A DNA stretch of 64,000 nucleotides. Source: Heterodontus francisci. Lineage: Eukaryota. Location: the NCBI RefSeq assembly GCF_036365525.1, contig NC_090387.1:88763691-88827690 (forward strand). The letters run 5' to 3'. The notes beneath the pieces are model-generated. The model searched no databases, was not told the origin of the DNA, and saw only the letters and a list, made by a program, of their open reading frames with translations. How positions within the stretch are numbered: the stretch's first letter is position 1; every line of letters begins with the position of its first letter. The translations under genes and the position numbers were made by a program. Shown one piece after another: positions 13,874 through 26,815 of this stretch.

Positions 13874-14370
13874 ATCTGAAGCCTAATTAATTCCCTCAGA
13901 AAGTAAGAAAAGCTTTTCTTTCTTAACAAAGTATTGGTATTGCTGTATTCCTCTCTGAAGGGACAGTTAATGTCAGAACAGACAAACTGCTAAATTCCTA
14001 TCTTTGAGGGAGCTTTTTTTTTTTTCCCATCGGACCACTGTGAAGTCTTCAAGCGACCTTGGAATGTTCCTAGATTGGAATACTCCATTCCGCAGGTACG
14101 TAACTTGCAAAGTCTATATTTTTTTTCCGGTCAGCTAATTAAAAAGAACTGACTTATTGTTAATTTTAGTATCTGTATGCGAATGCTATAGCTAGACTTT
14201 AAATAAGAATTTATAAGACCTTTAGAGATTGGCTTATCTTAGTTTAACATTTTATTTTAATAAATAGTTAATTTGTTGTTATCTAAAGATACCTGGTCTG
14301 CTCTGCTTCATTTGGTGGATACTAGAGTGTTCCACGTGGTCTGCTTTTTTCTATTTGGAAATGTTATTAT

Positions 14371-14676
14371 TTTATTTTTATTTAGAGATACAGCACTGAA
14401 ACAGGCCCTTCGGCCCACCGAGTCTGTGCCGACCAATAACCACCCATTTAGACTAACCCTGCAGTAATCCCATATTCTCTATCACCTCCCTGCACTAGGG
14501 GCAATCTACAACGGCCAATTTACCTATCATCTTGGGATGTGGGAGGAAACCGGAGCACCCAGTGAAAACCCACACAGACACAGGGAGAACTTGCAAACTC
14601 CGCACAGGCAGTACCCAGAATCGAACCGGGCTTCCTGGTACTGTGAGGCTGCGGGGCTAACCACTGCACCACTGTG
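14371..14676 (-). mobile_element. V-SINE (HE1-like) inside the Gmr1 5' LTR
   Basis: Same family, with A/B boxes and CR1-like tail. Confidence 0.85.
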
Positions 14677-15240
14677 AAATGTTAGAGAAACATGCTGTGA
14701 CCTGTGGAATAATGGGACTGAATTGACAGTGTGTTGTATCCACCGTAATCAGAATCATATATTTTAAGTGGAGGCTTATTCCTGTATGGTCATAAAATAT
14801 TTTAATTGGGAGGTCATCCTTGGTCGAATCGTGTTTACTTAGGCTGCTCACATCTGGCATCAGAGACAGACTAATTTGTAATTATATTAATTGCTCATCT
14901 TTGGTCTAACATACAAATTGGGGTCTTGTGTCTGGCATCATATTAATTGCTGTCGCATGTGGGATCATAGCCATTGGAAACTCAATTGTTGGGATCCAAT
15001 TCTAACGCCAATTATGAAAAATAAAAGGAACTAGGATTACTGTATAGTAAGGTCTATAACATTATAAAGGCATTAGCGGTTGAGCAGAGTTTTTGGGAAA
15101 GCAGAATTTTTCCATCAATAACTTCATAACTTTACGAACAAATTAAAATAATTGTCAGCAAAATTGCGGTTATAATTGAAATCAGGTGCCAAGAAAAAGC
15201 AGAGATGATTGATATAATGGCCCAACATCTGGAATTAGTA

Positions 15241-15317
15241 GAAGAAGACGATGACGACGACACGACGACAACGATAAAGAAAAAGAAGACGAAGAAGAAG
15301 AAGAAGATGAAGAAGAC
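15241..15317 (+). repeat. Imperfect (GAA/GAC)n tract in Gmr1 gag
   Basis: Direct reading. Confidence 0.8.
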
Positions 15318-16579
15318 CAGATACAAGAAGGTCAGAAGCCACTGAGTGCTGTAGTAGAACTGACTTGAATTCGATTAGAAATAAGAAAACTTGGACCTCG
15401 GAGAGAAAGTGAAAGAGAAGAGAGGGAATTGAAACTAAAAGACATGGAACGAAGCCAAAGGGATAGTCTTGACTCCAGGGAAAGTTCGGGTCAGGAAGAA
15501 TCTGAATTCAGCTCAGGACCCAGCGAAAAGTTGTTTACATTTATACAAGCTCTTCCAAAGTTTGAATAAAGGGGCAGAGAGGTATTTTTCATCTTTTGAC
15601 AAATTAGCCAAACAGATTAAATGGCTGAAGGAAAGCTGGACACTGCTTATGCAAAGCAGATTGGTAGCAGAGCTCCTGAGCTTTCTGTCATGCTTCCTGA
15701 AGAGGATTCTACAGATTATGAGATGGCAAAAAAGGCTATTCTCGCTGCGTATGAGTTATCCCTGAAGCTTACCATCAGAAGTTTTGGAATTTACGGAGAT
15801 TGGCTGGGCAGACGTGTAGAATTTGTGAGGATGGAGCAAATTAATCTTGAGGGTTGGATACAGGCATTAAAGATGGAAACCACAAAATAGAACCTTCGAG
15901 CGCTGATTCTCCTAGAAGAGTTTAAAAACTCCATTCCTTCTGCAGTGAGAACTCATATAGATAATCTAACAGTTTTGTAAGCTGGACAAGCAGTGGAATT
16001 TGTTGATGATTTTGAGCTTGTGAATAAGCCAAAATCTTTTTGTCCATCACACCATAAAACCGAAAAGGATAGTGAAAGGAATGCAAATAGCCAGTGACAA
16101 GAATGAACAGCTGGGAATACCCCAGGATCACCTCCTGAGCTTAGAAAGGAAGGTGCTGAGGGTAGAAGAGAGGTTCTCAAAAGGATCATCTTCATCCCAG
16201 AAGCTGGAAATTGCAAGCTGCGCCAACAATACTTGTTGGGGTATGCAAAGCTAACACAGAGGAAAGAGTATGACTGAGAGTATAGCAGACTAGGATATAG
16301 CTTTAGCGACAGTTGTAAAATAAGATACTAAAACTAAAACGAGTGGAGAAGTTAAGAATAAAATATCCGATAGTCAGAATGATTTTCTGTTGATGGGGAG
16401 AGTAACTCTGTGTCCTGTTAGTGAGACAGGAAAACCTATCATTATACTAAAGGATACAGGAGCAACCCAAAATCTCCTGCTGGGGAAAGATGTAACGTTT
16501 CCAGCAGAGAGTGGCTTAAATGCTAACATTTTACTTCATGGAAATGGCGGGGGTATTTACCCATACCTTGATACAAACC

Positions 16580-19357
16580 TCTCCATGGCGCATGCCTGGG
16601 CGAATTTATGGAGGTTGAGAGTTGCCCAGTCGCCAAAACCCCCCACTCGGCCTTTCTGGTGGGGTCCAAAGGAGTGCAGCGCATGAAGTTTGGCACCGGT
16701 ATGGCTGCAGGAACTGCCAGAACATGCCAAAGGGGACACATTACCATCTACAGGGTTCCGTTCTGGATTTTCTGTTAGGGTTCACTCCATTAGCCTTGGT
16801 CTCTCCCGAGACGCCCACAAGGCAGTGGTGTTGTTAGGGCCCCTATACAGGGGTAGGATGATGCCGGTGGGAGGAGTGGATGCGAGGGGTAGGGGTGGCG
16901 GGAGGGGTGCGAGGGGGAGATGGGAAGGGGGCTGTAAGGGGGTGGGCAGGGGTGCAGGGGAAGGGGGTGCCGGGGGAAGATGGTGCGAGGGGGTGGCTGG
17001 GACGGGGTTGTGAGGGGGTGCGCTGAGTGGTTGGAGCAGGGAAGGGGAAGGGGGTGGAAAGGGGGAAGGGGAAGGGGCAAAGCAGGTGCAGGTAATAAGC
17101 CATTTCCTCAGCCTCCGGGAAGACTCTGAGGCAAAAATGTTCGAGGAGTGGCCACCTTAACTGCCACATTTCCGACTGCAGCCAATCACATCATTCACAG
17201 ACTAAATCCATGATGAATTTAGTACAGCCCTGGTGCAAAATCCAGAAAGTTGTGTTTTATATTCCTTCAAATGTTCTTGATGTGGTTTAAATAAAGGCAT
17301 ACCGCATTGTTGACAGTGCGCTGCAGATGTTCTCCGAGCCATCTCCCGCGGGTGCTTTGAAGTTGCGGCCGAGGAGCCATTCATGGATTTTCTGGGTGTT
17401 CGGAGCACCTTTTGTCAAGGCTTCCATAGAGTCCCGCTGCTCCTGCTTCTCCTCAATGGACTTACCGCTGGGTTGAGCACTACCTAGAACTGGACTCCAG
17501 GGAGAATGTTGTCACTGAGATTGCCCTCAACGCAGCCTCTACCAGTCATGGATGAGCTGGACATACAGCCAACAAAATTGGAACTCAGTGATGCTATTGA
17601 TTCTCTAGCCAGCGGAAAAGACCCTGGGAAGGACAGCATCACCCCTGAAATAATCAAGAGTGCCAAGCCTGCTATACTCTCAGCACTACATGAACTGCTA
17701 TGCCTGTGCTGGGACTTGGGAGCAGTACCTCAGGACATGTACAATGCCAATATCATCACCCTCTATAAAAACAAAGGTGACCGTGGTGACTGCAACAACT
17801 ACCGTGGTATCACCCTGCTCAGCATAGTGGGGAAAGTCTTTACTCGAGTCGCTCCAAACAGGCTCCAGAAGCTGGCCGAGCATGCCTACCCTGAGGCACA
17901 GTGTGGCTTTCCTGCAGAGAGATCGACCGTAGACATGCTGTTCTCCCTTCGTCAGATACAGGAGAAATGCCACAAACAGTAGATGCCCCTCTACATTGCT
18001 TTCATTGATCTCACCAAAGCCTTTGACCTCGTCAGCAGACGTGGTCTCTTCAGACTACTAGATAAGATTGGATTCCACCGAAGCTACTAAGTATCATCAC
18101 CTCATTCCATGACAATATGAATGGCCTAATTCAACATGGTGGCTCCTCAACAGAGCCCTTTTCTATCCTGAGTGGCGTGAAACAGGGCTGTGTTCTCGCA
18201 CCCACACTTTTTGGGATTTTCTTCTCCCTGCTGCTTTCACATGCGTTCAAGTCCTCACAAGAAGGAATTTTCCTCCACACAAGATCAGGGGGAAGGTTGT
18301 TCAACCTTGCCCATCTAAGAGCGAAGTCCAAAGTATGGAAAGTCCTCATCAGGGAACTCCTCTTTGCTGACGATGCTGCTTTAACATCTCACACTGAAGA
18401 GTGCCTGCAGAGTCTCATCGACAGGTTTGCGGCTGCCTGCATTGAATTTGGCCTAACCATCAGCCTCAAGAAAACGAACATCATGAGGCAGGACGTCAGA
18501 AATGCTCCATCCATCAATATGGGGGACCACGCTATGGAAGTGGTTCAAGAGTTCACCTACCCAGGCTCAACTATCACTTGTAACCTGTCTCTAGATGCAG
18601 AAATCAACAAGCGCATGGGAAAGGCTTCTTCTGCTATGTCCAGACTGGCCAAGAGAGTGTGGGAAAATGGCACACTGACACGGAACACAAAAGTCCGAGT
18701 GTATCAAGCCTGTGTCCTCAGTACCTCGCTATATGGCAGCGAGGCCTGGACAACATATGTCCGCCAAGAGCGGCGTCTCAATTCATTCCATCTTCGCTGC
18801 CTCCGGAGAATACTTGGCATCAGGTGGCATGACCTTATCTCCAACACAGAAGTCCTCGAGGCGGCCAACATCCCCAGCTTATACACACTACAGAGTCAGC
18901 GGCGCTTGAGATGGCTTGGCCATGTGAGCTGCATGGAAGATGGCAGGATCCCCAAAGACACATTGTACAGCGAGCTCGCCACTGGTATCAGACCCACCGG
19001 CCGTCCATGTCTCCGCTTTAAAGACGTCTGCAAACGCGACATGAAGTCCTGTGACATTGATCACAAGTTCTGGGAGTCAGTTGCCAGTGATCGCCAGAAC
19101 TGTTGGGCAGCCATAAAGGCGGGGCTAAAGTGTGGCGAGTCGAAGAGACTTAGCAGTTGGCAGGAAAAAAGACAGAGGCGCATGGAGAGAGCCAAATGTG
19201 TAATAGCCCCGACAAACAAATTTTTCTGCAGCACCTGTGGAAGAACCTGTCACTCTAGAATTGGCCTTTATAGCCACACCAGGCGCTGCTACACACACCA
19301 CTGACACCTCCAGGCGATTACCCATTGTCTCTTGAGACAAGGAGGCCAAAGAATGAT
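16580..19357 (+). mobile_element. RTE-clade LINE insertion within the Gmr1 protease region, 9-bp TSD
   Basis: TSD ATACAAACC at 16571-16579 and 19358-19366. RT ORFs 17506-17982 and 18117-19304 (NNYRGITLLS, GVKQGCVLAP, LLFADD, RRLRWLGHV, C-terminal CxxC..H). One stop (17980) and a frameshift (~18070). Confidence 0.92.
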
Positions 19358-19982
19358 ATACAAACCACGCCTAGACAGTGTCTTAATATCTGAGTTGGTA
19401 CCTGGAGGAGTTGTACACAGTTTGCCAGTAGAGGGAATTGATTTACTTCTATGGAATTATTTGTTTGAATCAAAAGTATCAGTTTCTCCTATAATTACAG
19501 AGGAACCAAGTGAAAGTAAGGAAATGGTGCAATTACAGGAACAAGTTCCAGAAATATTTCCTGTGTGTGCAGTCACCCAAGCAATGGTTAAACAGGATCC
19601 ATTGTTGGAGGTATATGTGACACCACAAACAGATAACCAAGAACATGAAACCTTATATTTGTGGATTTAGATAATCTAAATGACATGTTGAACACATCAT
19701 CTATTATTGCAGCATGGCAAGCTGATCCAGAGATATTCCAATATAGAGATATAGCTGAAGTGAAAGGAGTTCTGGAAGGTTATTATGTGGCAAACGGGGT
19801 TTTGAGGAGGAAAGGGAGACTGCCTCATAGACCAGCAGACGAAGACTGGACAATTGTTGCACATATAGTGGTGCTACCTAAATATAACCAGGGATTATTA
19901 AGGTTAGCACATGACATTCCTTTTGCAGGACATAGAGGAGCTTGGAAGAGGAAATCATGCATAACCCAATATTATTACTGGG

Positions 19983-20047
19983 CAATAATAAAAGCAAAAT
20001 ACTGCGGATGCTGGAAATCTGAAAGAAAAACAAGAAATGCTGGAATC
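19983..20047. mobile_element. 65-bp Penelope-terminal-repeat insert in the Gmr1 integrase, 12-bp TSD
   Basis: TSD ATTATTACTGGG at 19971-19982 and 20048-20059; insert taaaagcaaaatactgcggatgctggaaatctg... Confidence 0.75.
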
Positions 20048-22609
20048 ATTATTACTGGGAAGTCTTACAAAGGATGTGAGACAGTTTTGTAGGATATGCC
20101 ATGCATGTAGAATGGTGGAAAAACCACAACCTACCATAAAACTGGCACCACGAGTTCCCATACCAGTGATTGAGGAACAATTTATCAGGGTATTGGTTGA
20201 CTGTGGACGAACCGTGCCAAAAACAAAAGCAGAATATCAATACATACTTACTGTCATGAATATGGCTAGTCGATTTCCAGAGGCCATTCCTTTCAGCATA
20301 GTATTAGGTAGAAAGGGTAACCAAATTATTTACGAGATATGGGTTGCCATTCGAAGTTCAATGAGATCAAGGTTGTAATTTCATGTTTAAGATATTTCAA
20401 GAAGTCATGGGAAATTTCGGGATTAGAAATCTTCAGCATATCACCCACAGTCACAGGGAGCTTTAGAGAGATTCCACCAAACTCTCAAAACAATGATTAG
20501 GACATACTGTCACGAATGCCCACATGACTTGTGTAAAGGACCGGACTCTATTTTATTTGCCACCAAAGACGCACTGAATGAGTCTACAGGCTTTAGTCCT
20601 TTCCACGTGAAGTAAGAGATCCCCTACAGCTTATAAAAACAGATTGTTGGAACAAAAGAATGAATCTTCGACACTGGACTATGCATCTGTGTTCTGGGAA
20701 AGGCTCACAAAACTTGTGGTGTGACTCAGGAAGACCTTAAAGCGTCCCAAACCAATATGAAAAAAATGGGCACACAAGAATGCAAAAGCCCACGATTTGC
20801 AACCAGCGGATGAAGTGCCATTACAGGGAGAACAATTAAAAGCACGATTCAGTGACCCATATAGAGTGCTCAAAAGAGTAGATGGCTTGATTGACACCTC
20901 TGATTGCCAGATGAATAACCAATTGTGTCATATCAATATGCTAAAGCAATATTATCGCAGGGAAGAGGATAGGCCATTACAGGTATATCAGGTAATTGGG
21001 ACAGTTCAGAAGGAAAAGGATAGTGAGGATCAGGCAGACACACGCTTAGGAAATTCTCAGATTGCACTTCCAACTATTAGATTAGCGAATATAGAATGGC
21101 TGGGAAAATTAGACCACATGCTTTTGCACTTAGAGGCAAAACAACATGAAGACCTCACCAGGCTTTTCACAATGTTTAAAAGAGTTTGTAGGGATAAGCC
21201 GGGTTGTACAACATTAGCCACACATGATGTGGAGTTAGGGGATCCTGTTCCTTTAAAACAACATCCTTACTGCTCGTGTCCGTACAAATAGGCCCAACTG
21301 CAAGCAAAGATCCAGTACATTGTGGAAAATAATTTCAATCCAATTTTGTATCGACTAGAGAAAAGTCAATGTGGTTACAAAGGTAGACTCCTGCAGAATT
21401 CTGCATTTAGAAGACTGGATGACAGCCTGAGCAACGCTAGGTTTCTTACCAAGATCGATTTCTTAAAGGTATTCTGGCAAGATCCTTTGACTCCTCGAGC
21501 CGAAGATTTATCAGCTTTTGTAACACTTGGCAGTCTTTATCAGTGCCGGGTGATGTCATTCAGGCTAAAACAAAATCCCCAGTCAATTTCAATGATTAAT
21601 GAATCAAGTGGGAGCTAGTGTTCCCATCTGTGTGGTATATCTCGATGATGTACTAATGTACAGTAACACTAGACAGGAACACTTTAGTCAGCTAAAAAGT
21701 ATATTTAAAAAGGTACAACCCATGCACTTAGTGATAAGTTTGGAAAAAAGTGAAATTGGAAAAGCAATAGTAATTTAACTTGGACACACAGTGGGGCAAG
21801 GACAGGTATTGCCAAAACTGGCAACGGTACAATCCTTAATGGACCTCGCTATCCCTAAACCTAAACAGGAAATTCTGAGGCTTTAGGGATGTGCGATTTT
21901 TATTGGAAATTTGTACGAAATGTTAGTACTGTGGTTGCTCCATTGACCGACTTGCTACAAAAAAAAGAAAAACAAATTGGTATGGTCAGATGAATGCCAG
22001 GCTGCTTTTGAAAAGCTAATGGCAATCCTAACTAATTAACAAGTATTGACTGTGCCAAATTTCGCTAAAGCCTTTAAGATAGCAATCAATGTTAGCAACG
22101 TGGGGATTGGTACAGTCTTCTTGCAAGATGACGATTCTGGCACAGAGAAAGCAGTGAGGTGTTTTTTCAGAAAACTACATTGTTATCAAAAAAGTATTCC
22201 ACTGTAGAAAAAGAAACGTTGGGACTTGTACTGGCTCTCAAACATTTTGAGGTATATGTCTGCGAGGAATGTAAAGAAATACTGATATGCACTGGCCATA
22301 ACCCATTAACATTTGTGGAAATTTTTAAAAACCAAATTGTTAGAATCTTCAAATGGAGTCTCTTGTTACAGCCTTATCATCTAAGGTTTGCACAGATTTT
22401 GAAGAAAAATAATGTTATCACCGACGCTTTGTCGCGGATTTAACCATGTTAACTTATGTAGATGGTGATTGTATGCGGCAAATTCTGTAATTTATGAGTG
22501 GAGAGCATGGGGTGTAAATGGACACAATGTTAGTCTTTTTAATTTCTACTTTTTGCATTGTAATGGAACACATTTCAGGAATGGCGTTTCATTTCACCAG
22601 TGGTGGAGG

Positions 22610-23488
22610 CGACACAGTCTTGTTTTTGTTTTCTCCTCAGAAACATTCAGTGTACCTTTTAGATTGTAAAAAGATCAGTGCTCCTCCAAGACCGATCATT
22701 CCGTAGTCTCAGTCTGCCAGAGTGCATTCTGGTTATCAAGAAACAGCAGCAAGAGAGTTGTCACGTTGTAATTTGACTTTTGGAAACTAGCTGGCACAGA
22801 CTAGCTTGGGCAGAGAGTATTCTGAGATTGGAACTGTATGTGCTGTATTATTTATCTCACAGAATTGTACAAAGTGAAGCTTTGTTATTTCGCTCTCAAG
22901 ATTCTACCAGACAACAAGGCAAATTAATTCCAGAATAAAATAAGAAAAGCTTTGTTTTCTTAACAAAATATTGGTATTGCTGTGTTGATTACTGAAGGGA
23001 TGGTTAGTGCTCCAGTAGTCAAACTGCCAAATTCCTATCTTTGAATAACTCTTTTTTTTCCCCATCAGATCACTATGAAGACTTCAAATGACCTTGGATT
23101 GTTTCTGCATTGGAAGACTCCATTCATCAGGAATGCAACTTGCAAAGACTTTATTTTTATTTTTGGGCAAATAATTTTTTAAAAACTGTCTTACTGATAA
23201 TGTGGGAGTCAGATTTTTAAAGAAGAAGTTATAATGTCTTTAGACATTGGTTTATCTTATTAGTGTTTAAGATTTTAAAAAATGGTTGTTATCTTAACAT
23301 ACCTGGTTTGGTCTGTATCATTTGGGTGATACAAGAGTGTTAAATTTGGGCTGATTTTTCTGATTTGGGAAGCTCAAAGAAATATGCTGAGACCTGTGGC
23401 ATGACGGGTCTGAAATGACAGTGTGTTGCTTCCACCGCAATTAGAATCATATATTTTAATTGGGGCTTTGCCCTGTGCAGCCACAACA
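22610..23488 (+). repeat. 3' LTR of Gmr1-like element
   Basis: Starts after the tggtggagg purine tract, ends ..ccacaaca, and matches the 5' LTR segments. Confidence 0.8.
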
Positions 23489-23671
23489 CACGTTACCGTA
23501 ACAGTTGCCAGGTAGGAGTGTATAATGTACGAAACTCAGAGATAGGTTTAAGCCTGAATCAGAGCGTCTCATTTCAGTATTTTGTCACACTGGAGAGTTT
23601 CTGCACTAGCAGAACACCAATGCAGGTTCCGAAGTAGAGACTTATTGGGAATTGAGCACGCTTTATTTTGC

Positions 23672-24032
23672 ATTTTAGTTTAGTTTTTAGTTTCGAGATG
23701 CAGCACTGAAACAGGCCCTTCTGCCCACCGAGTCTGTGCCGACCATCAACCACCCATTTATACTATTCCTACACTAATCCCATATTCCTACCACATCCCC
23801 ACCTGTCCCTATATTTCCCTACCACCTACCTATACTCGGGGCAATTTATAATGGCCAATTAACCTATCAACCTGCAAGTCTTTGGCATGTGGGAGGAAAC
23901 CCGAGCACCCGGATAAAATCCACGCAGACACAGGGAGAACTTGCAAACTCCACACAGGCAGTAGCCAGAATCGAACCCGGGTCACTCGAGCTGTGAGGTT
24001 GCGGTGCTAAGCACTGCGCCACTGTGCCGCCC
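23672..24032 (-). mobile_element. Full-length V-SINE (HE1-like)
   Basis: Minus strand starts GGGCGGCACAGTGGCGCAGTG; B box, V-domain and CR1-type tail present. Confidence 0.9.
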
Positions 24033-24161
24033 CTTGGTTTATTGGTCATGTTTCAACTTGTTCACTTTTCCTTCTGTTGATGTGCTTATCTGTGTGTTTT
24101 TTAACTGTTCACGCTTTTCGGTGTAAAGAAAACTCTGTATGACGATATCTATTTCCGACAG

Positions 24162-24437
24162 CCATCCAAAATATTTATTTGCATGTGACTCCGTTCCCTA
24201 AATTTTTCGCGGTGAGCAGAGGGGCAAAAATTATGCGACCGGGGAAATTATTGTTTACTGAAGATACCCCTCACAATAAATCTCAAAACAGTCAAGTATC
24301 ACGTGTTCTGCAGAATACAATGTTTTACTGTCATCTTAATGATGTGACTATCCAGGACTGCGGCACCTACAAAACTGGGGCGAAAGCTAGGGTATCCAAA
24401 CCTGTTGCTAGATCGGGCACAGACCTGGCTGAATGTG
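24162..24437 (+). pseudogene. Degenerate V-domain exon paralogous to the downstream receptor V exon
   Basis: Phase-1 acceptor atttccgacag|. VTPFPKFFAVSRGAKIM resembles VTPGMAQMKALRGTNITL, and HLNDVTIQDCGTYKTGAK..SGTDL resembles QLLNVTMQDAGTYQCGAK..KGTLV. B-strand Cys and C-strand Trp are missing, F-strand Cys is lost, and the donor reads G|ggaagt. Confidence 0.65.
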
Positions 24438-24479
24438 GGAAGTGATGTTCCATACTCCATTACATATCGTTTCGAATAG

Positions 24480-26740
24480 TAATGGGATGTGGGCGTTGTT
24501 GGCAAGGTCAGCATTTGTTGCCCTTTACTGACTGCCCTTGAGAATGTAGTGTTGAGCTGCTTTCTTGAACTGTTGCAGTCCATCAGGTATGGGTACGCCC
24601 ACAGTGCTGTTAAGGAAGAAGTTCCAGTACATTGTCCAGCAACAATAAAGGTATGGCGCTATTGTTCTAAGTCAGGACGGTTTGTAGCTTGGAGGGGAAC
24701 CTCGTGTTGTTCCCACGCATCTGCTGCCTTTCTCGTTGTAAGAGATTTTATGTTTGGAAAGTGATGTCGAAGGGGGTGTGGTGAGTTGCTGTTGTGCGTC
24801 CTGTATATGGTACACGCTCTTGTCACTGCCTGTCGGTGGTAAAGGGAGTGATGTTTAAGATGGAAGATTGGATAACTGTGAAGTCGCTGCTTGACCCTGG
24901 ATGGCGTTGAGCTTCTTGAGTGCTGTTGGATCTGCACTCATCCAGGCAAGTGAAGAGTTACCCATCACACTGCTGACTAATGTATTTTAGATGGTGGACA
25001 GTTTCTGAAGAGTCAGTAGGTGGGTTACACACACCAGACTTCCCACTCACTGACCTGGTCTTGTAACCACAATATTTATGTGGCTGCTCCAGTTCAATTT
25101 CTGGTCAATAGAAACCCCCAGGATCCAGTCAATGAAAGAATCAGCGCTGATAATGCCCTGGAATGTAAAGGGTAGATGGTCAGATTCTCTCTTATTGGAG
25201 ATCATCATTGCCTGACACTTGTATGGCGCAAATGCAACTTGCCACCTATCAGCCACAGCCTGAATGTTGTCCAGGTCTTGCTGCATGTGGACAGTGACGG
25301 ATTCAGTATCTGAGGAGTTGTGAATGTTGGCCTGGTCTTGCTAAATCTGGACAGCGACTGCTTCATTATTTGCATAGGTGTGAATGGTACTGAACATTGT
25401 ACAATCATCACTGAACATCCCCACTTCTGTCCGTATGGTGGAGGAAAGGTCGTTGATGAACGTGCTGAAGATGGTTGGCCTTGGAAACTACCCTGAGGAA
25501 CTCCTCTAACAATGTCCTGGGGCTCAGAAGATTGGTCTCCAACAATCACAACCATCTTCATTTATGCTAGTTATGACTCAACCAATTGAACGTTTTTCCA
25601 CTGATTGCCACTGACTTCAGTTTTGCTAGGGCTCCAAAATGACGCACTCGGTCAAATGTTGCATTGATATCCAAGGCAAACAACTCTTGCCTCACTTCTT
25701 GAGCTCAGCTCTTTTGTAAATGCTTGGACAAAGGCTGTAATGAGGTCAGGAGTAAGTCGACCCTGTAGAACCCACACTAAGCATTAGTGAGCAGATTCTT
25801 GCTTTGTAAGTGGCACTGGACAGCACTGCCGATGACAAATTCCATCATTTTGCTGTTGATCAAGACTAGACTGGTGGGCCATTAATTAGCTGGATTGAAT
25901 TTGTCCTGCGTTTTGTGGATTGGCCATAGCTGGGCAATTCTATGCATTATCGTGTAGATACCAATGTTGCAGCTGTACTGAAACAGCTTGGCGAGGGGGC
26001 GCAGCTAGTTCTGCAGCACACGTCTTTCGGACTGTAGCTGGGATGTTGTTGGGTCTCATAGCCTTTGCAGGATCCAATGCCTTCAGCCATTTCTTGATAT
26101 CACGTGGAGTGCATCGGATTGGCTCAAGATTGTCATCTATGATACTGAGAAGCGCAGGAGGAGACTGAGAAGGATCATCCACTCAGCATTTCTGGCTGAA
26201 GATTGTTGCAAGTGTGTCAGTCCTTTCTTTTGTATTGATGTGCTGTCTATTTCATGCTGCTTCCAATGTCTGATATGCAAGGTATCCTGTGTTATAGCTT
26301 CACCGGGTGACACTTGATTTTTAGTTATGCCTGCTGCTGTTCATGGCATGCTCTGCTGCATTCCTCCTTGAACCAGGGTTGATCCCCTGCTTGACAGTAA
26401 TGGTAGAGTGAAGGATAGGCTGGGCCATGACATTACAGATTGTGTTTGAATACAATTATTCTGCTGATGATGATGTGCGGTGCCTCATGGATACCCAATT
26501 TTGATCTGCTAAATCTGTTCTGAATCTATCCAATTTTTCAAGGTGTTAGTGCCACACGACACAATAGACAGTATCCTCAGTGTGAAGACGGGACTTCGTT
26601 TGTACTAGGATTGTGTGGTGGTCACTCCTAGCAAGACAGCCTTGGACAAATGCATCTGTAACAGGTAGATTGATGAGGACAAGGTCTATTAGGTTTTCCT
26701 GCTTGTTGGTTGCCTCAACACGTGCCGCAGCCACAGTCTG
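24480..26740 (-). mobile_element. CR1-clade LINE (second family), decayed
   Basis: Minus ORFs KAMRPNNIPATVRKTCAAELAAP, GVPQGS, MQQDLDNIQAVADRWQVAF and SDHHTILV. Confidence 0.85.
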
Positions 26741-26785
26741 GCCGATGTGTCCTCGGGAGAAGGCCCTGTATAAAGGTTGGACTGT

Positions 26786-26815
26786 TAATTCTAATTCTAA
26801 TTCTAATTCTAATTC
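26786..26815. repeat. (TAATTC)n hexamer microsatellite
   Basis: Five tandem units. Confidence 0.9.

Larger units (their letters stand above)
11377..14797 (+). repeat. 5' LTR of Gmr1-like element, split by CR1 and SINE insertions
   Basis: Colinear similarity to 22610-23488 (tgtaaaaagatcagt, tctgccagagtg, gattctacca, agaatcatatatttt). Followed by a degenerate Pro-type PBS-like ttgggaggtcatcc. Confidence 0.8.
11377..23488 (+). mobile_element. Old Gmr1-like Ty3/gypsy LTR retrotransposon (defective, with nested insertions)
   Basis: Diverged LTR pair (11377-14797 interrupted; 22610-23488). SCAN-like gag ~15060-16250, protease LKDTGA ~16450, integrase (AHDIPFAGH, CHAC, VLVDC, GALERFHQTLK) ~19900-20600, RT (TKIDF, YLDD 21638-21649), RNase H ending 22443, purine tract before the 3' LTR. 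Confidence 0.88.

Noticed and set aside
16690-17169. Gly- and Pro-rich ORFs on both strands
   Set aside because: By-products of a G-rich low-complexity tract inside the RTE insertion.
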